Below, in pieces: positions 61,665-64,000 of a stretch of 64,000 nt of DNA. A model generated the notes under the pieces. It worked only from the letters and a program-made list of their open reading frames with translations. It had not been told where the DNA came from and made no database searches. Source of the DNA: Octopus sinensis. Taxonomy: Eukaryota. The translations under genes and the position numbers were made by a program. Numbering within the stretch: the first letter of the stretch is position 1; each line of letters begins with the position of its first letter. The stretch lies in contig NC_042999.1 in NCBI RefSeq assembly GCF_006345805.1, forward strand, positions 108,934,001 through 108,998,000, read 5' to 3'.

Positions 61665-61666
<2 letters not shown>

Positions 61667-61740
61667 ATTCACTGTCTGGAATCGAACTTGGAATCTTGAG
61701 GTTAATAGCCTGTGCTCTTAACCACTATGCCATATGCCCT
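61665..61740 (-). mobile_element. short tRNA-derived SINE head
   Basis: A box TGGCATAGTGG and B box AGTTCGATTCC, embedded between trinucleotide runs. No cloverleaf acceptor stem. Confidence 0.7.
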
Positions 61741-62089
61741 GAATAATAATAATAATAACAACAACAACAACAACAACGACGACGACGACAACAACAATTG
61801 TTGAAAATTGAGTGGTATTTATGTTCTTGGGGGAAGTGTTTTTCAAATAATTTAGGGGGGTTCCTATTTGGAGGGGAAAAAGTGGATTGAACCAAATTAT
61901 ATCCTGTTTCCTAGATTTCTTATTATCATTTTTAATATTAATAGTAACAGTCTGCCTATAATTCACGTTTCTAAAATCATATGGTTTATGCACATATTGC
62001 TTATTTGGGTAATTTATCTGGTTGCTTATTACTGACTTATCTTTGTTTAATTTGTTTTTAAAAATTGTACTAGATATTATACTAGATAC

Positions 62090-62506
62090 AGGCATAGTAG
62101 TAGCTATGTGGTAAGTAGCTTGCTTACAAACCACATGGTTCCAGGTTCAGTCTCACTGCATGGCACCTTGGGCAAGTGACTTCTACTATAGCCTCGGACT
62201 GACCAAAGCCTTGTGAATGGATTTGGTAGACGGAAACTGGAAGAAGCCTGTTGTATATATGTATATATATATGTGTTTGTGTGTGTGTATATGTTTGTGT
62301 GTGTGTCTGTGTTTGTCCCCCCAACATTGTTTGACAACCAATGCTGGTGTGTTTATGTCCCCGTAACTTAGCAGTTCAGCAATAGAGACCAAGAGAATAA
62401 GTACTAGGCTTACAAAGAATAAGTCCTGGGGTCGATTTGCTCGACTAAAGGCGGTGCTTAAGCATGACCACAGTTAAATGACTGAAACAAGTAAGTAAAA
62501 GAGAAT
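62090..62506 (+). mobile_element. SINE family A, full length
   Basis: Homologous to 15908-16303. Confidence 0.9.
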
Positions 62507-62589
62507 ATACTATAAATTTCCTGGTTAAATCCACTATTTCTGAGTGCTTGATTATATAGAGGGGCATGATTATTAAGTATACTTTCATT

Positions 62590-63190
62590 ACTAGACAAGT
62601 TTGATATTCTAATGGATACCCCATACACATAACAATACGATTCAAAAATGGTTTGCTTTTATGCCATGACAACAAAGAACAAGTTTCAAAATGATGTGTC
62701 ATTTGATGCCCATTCAGTTCATGTGGTACCCACTTGTCTAGCTTCTTTACCTTACTGATTTGTTTCAGATGGTTCAATACATTTGGAATTGAAACATCAA
62801 ACCTTACTGCTAACTCATGTTTGAGATGTATCCGCTTCCACTAGTTTCCACCTCATCATTATCCACCTTGGTCTCAGGTCTATCATGGGACTGATTGTTA
62901 AGAGTAAAGTCACCCAACCAGAACTTCTCAAATCATTGAAGTACAGTGTGCTTATTTGTCACATCTTCACCAAACACCTCATTAATGTTTCAAGCTGTTT
63001 AGGATGCATTGGTTCCATGATGGAACTCATATTCATAAACAACCTTGATTTTTTTTATCTATCCATGGGTTCACAAAAATTGATTTACAAAAGAAAACTC
63101 ACAATATGGTCAGATACCGTGAATTGCAGTTCAGAAAGTGATGGTGTAACTCTTCAATGTTGTAAAACAAAGAATTGTCAGGATAAAACA
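62590..63190 (-). mobile_element. mariner transposon 5' fragment
   Basis: HLKQI.KVKKLDKWVPHELN...FETCSLL..HK.KPFL.RIV. Same family as 12781-13275. Confidence 0.88.
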
Positions 63191-64000
63191 TTAGCGTTAA
63201 CAACTGTCAAACTTGGTGCATAAGAATATCAAACATTTCACTCTTAATGACCTGATATATATATAATTAGAGAGGAAAATGAATTCTATGCCTTAGGTTT
63301 CATTATTTCTTGGAGCATATCATATGCTACTCATCAGATATCACACTGCAGTTTATTAATTAAGGGAAAAGGTACTAGTCTAATACATAAAGAATATATC
63401 ATTTTGAGAATTATATCTTAAGATTATGATTTCCCTTCACTAATATTAGAATAATATTTACAATGATTCTGACAATGCCAACATGGTTAGTTATATGTTA
63501 GTTATATAAAACTTGATCTAGATTTAGTTGAAATTCCTCTTGGCTGCTTGCATTTAAAATTTTTTAATCAATGTTAAAGTCTCTATTATATCATCATTCT
63601 TTATTTTGGAATTTAAAATAATATATTGTTTTAAAAGAAGTATTTTATCCTAAATTAGAATATCTGCCATCCCATATTAAGATGTCATTTATTTGAGGGT
63701 TTGCTTGGATGTGTTGCAGAAATTTGTGAAGACATGGTGTATAGCACAATAGAATCATTTGATAGCAGATTATTCATTCTTCTTATAGAATGCTGGTATT
63801 ATAACAGGATATCATTAATGAGTGGACATGTTTTTTCCTGAAAGCAGATACACTCTATCCTGTTGCCACCAACTCCCACCTTTTTTTATTTAGTTTCTTT
63901 TTAGCTCATGATTTCTTAATTTATTATTAGTGAACATTTTTTATTTATTAATTTCAACTACCAAATCTGGAGATGCTTGTAAAACGTTTGTTTGTTTTAT

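Larger units (their letters stand above)
61460..62085 (-). mobile_element. Penelope-like element 3' fragment with pLTR end
   Basis: 61795-62085 encodes RKQDIIWFNPLF (PLE motif RKRxIIWFNPPF). It is interrupted by microsatellites and a small SINE, and the pLTR end at 61460-61600 carries a hammerhead. Confidence 0.75.

Noticed and set aside
1-64000. CRISPR array, rRNA or prokaryotic operon
   Set aside because: No regularly spaced repeat-spacer array, rRNA-like sequence or dense intronless ORFs. The sequence is intron-containing animal DNA.

Overview
AT-rich, microsatellite-dense eukaryotic genomic DNA. The tRNA-derived SINE families and repeat mix look like a coleoid cephalopod, probably Octopus (recognition by eye, not a database search). 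One host gene is clearly supported: a + strand CNTD1 (cyclin N-terminal domain-containing protein 1) orthologue. Six phase-compatible GT-AG coding exons span 15210-32407 (280 codons), and a terminal exon at 33152-33274 is only tentative. Nearly everything else is transposon debris: at least three tRNA-SINE families, RTE, CR1, CRE-clade and Penelope-like retroelements, a Ty3/gypsy relic, mariner and DD37D elements, a hAT/Charlie relic, a non-autonomous Helitron and MITEs. The most notable signal is about ten minimal type I hammerhead-ribozyme motifs, seven loci of them clustered at 2.3-11.4 kb, with two of the ten directly linked to Penelope ORF remnants. Two related copies carry a compensatory U3:A8 core (UUGAUAA), and a three-copy family carries CUGU-N-GA. 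Penelope hammerheads are known in general; whether these variant-core families are described or active I cannot tell from sequence alone. Other notable items are a near-perfect SINE fold-back palindrome at 46.1-46.6 kb, an intact RTE ORF tail with three C2H2 fingers in CNTD1 intron 1, and an apparent CpG-retention boundary near 12-13 kb with an island near 36.2 kb. Most short ORFs in the supplied track are microsatellite or TE artefacts.
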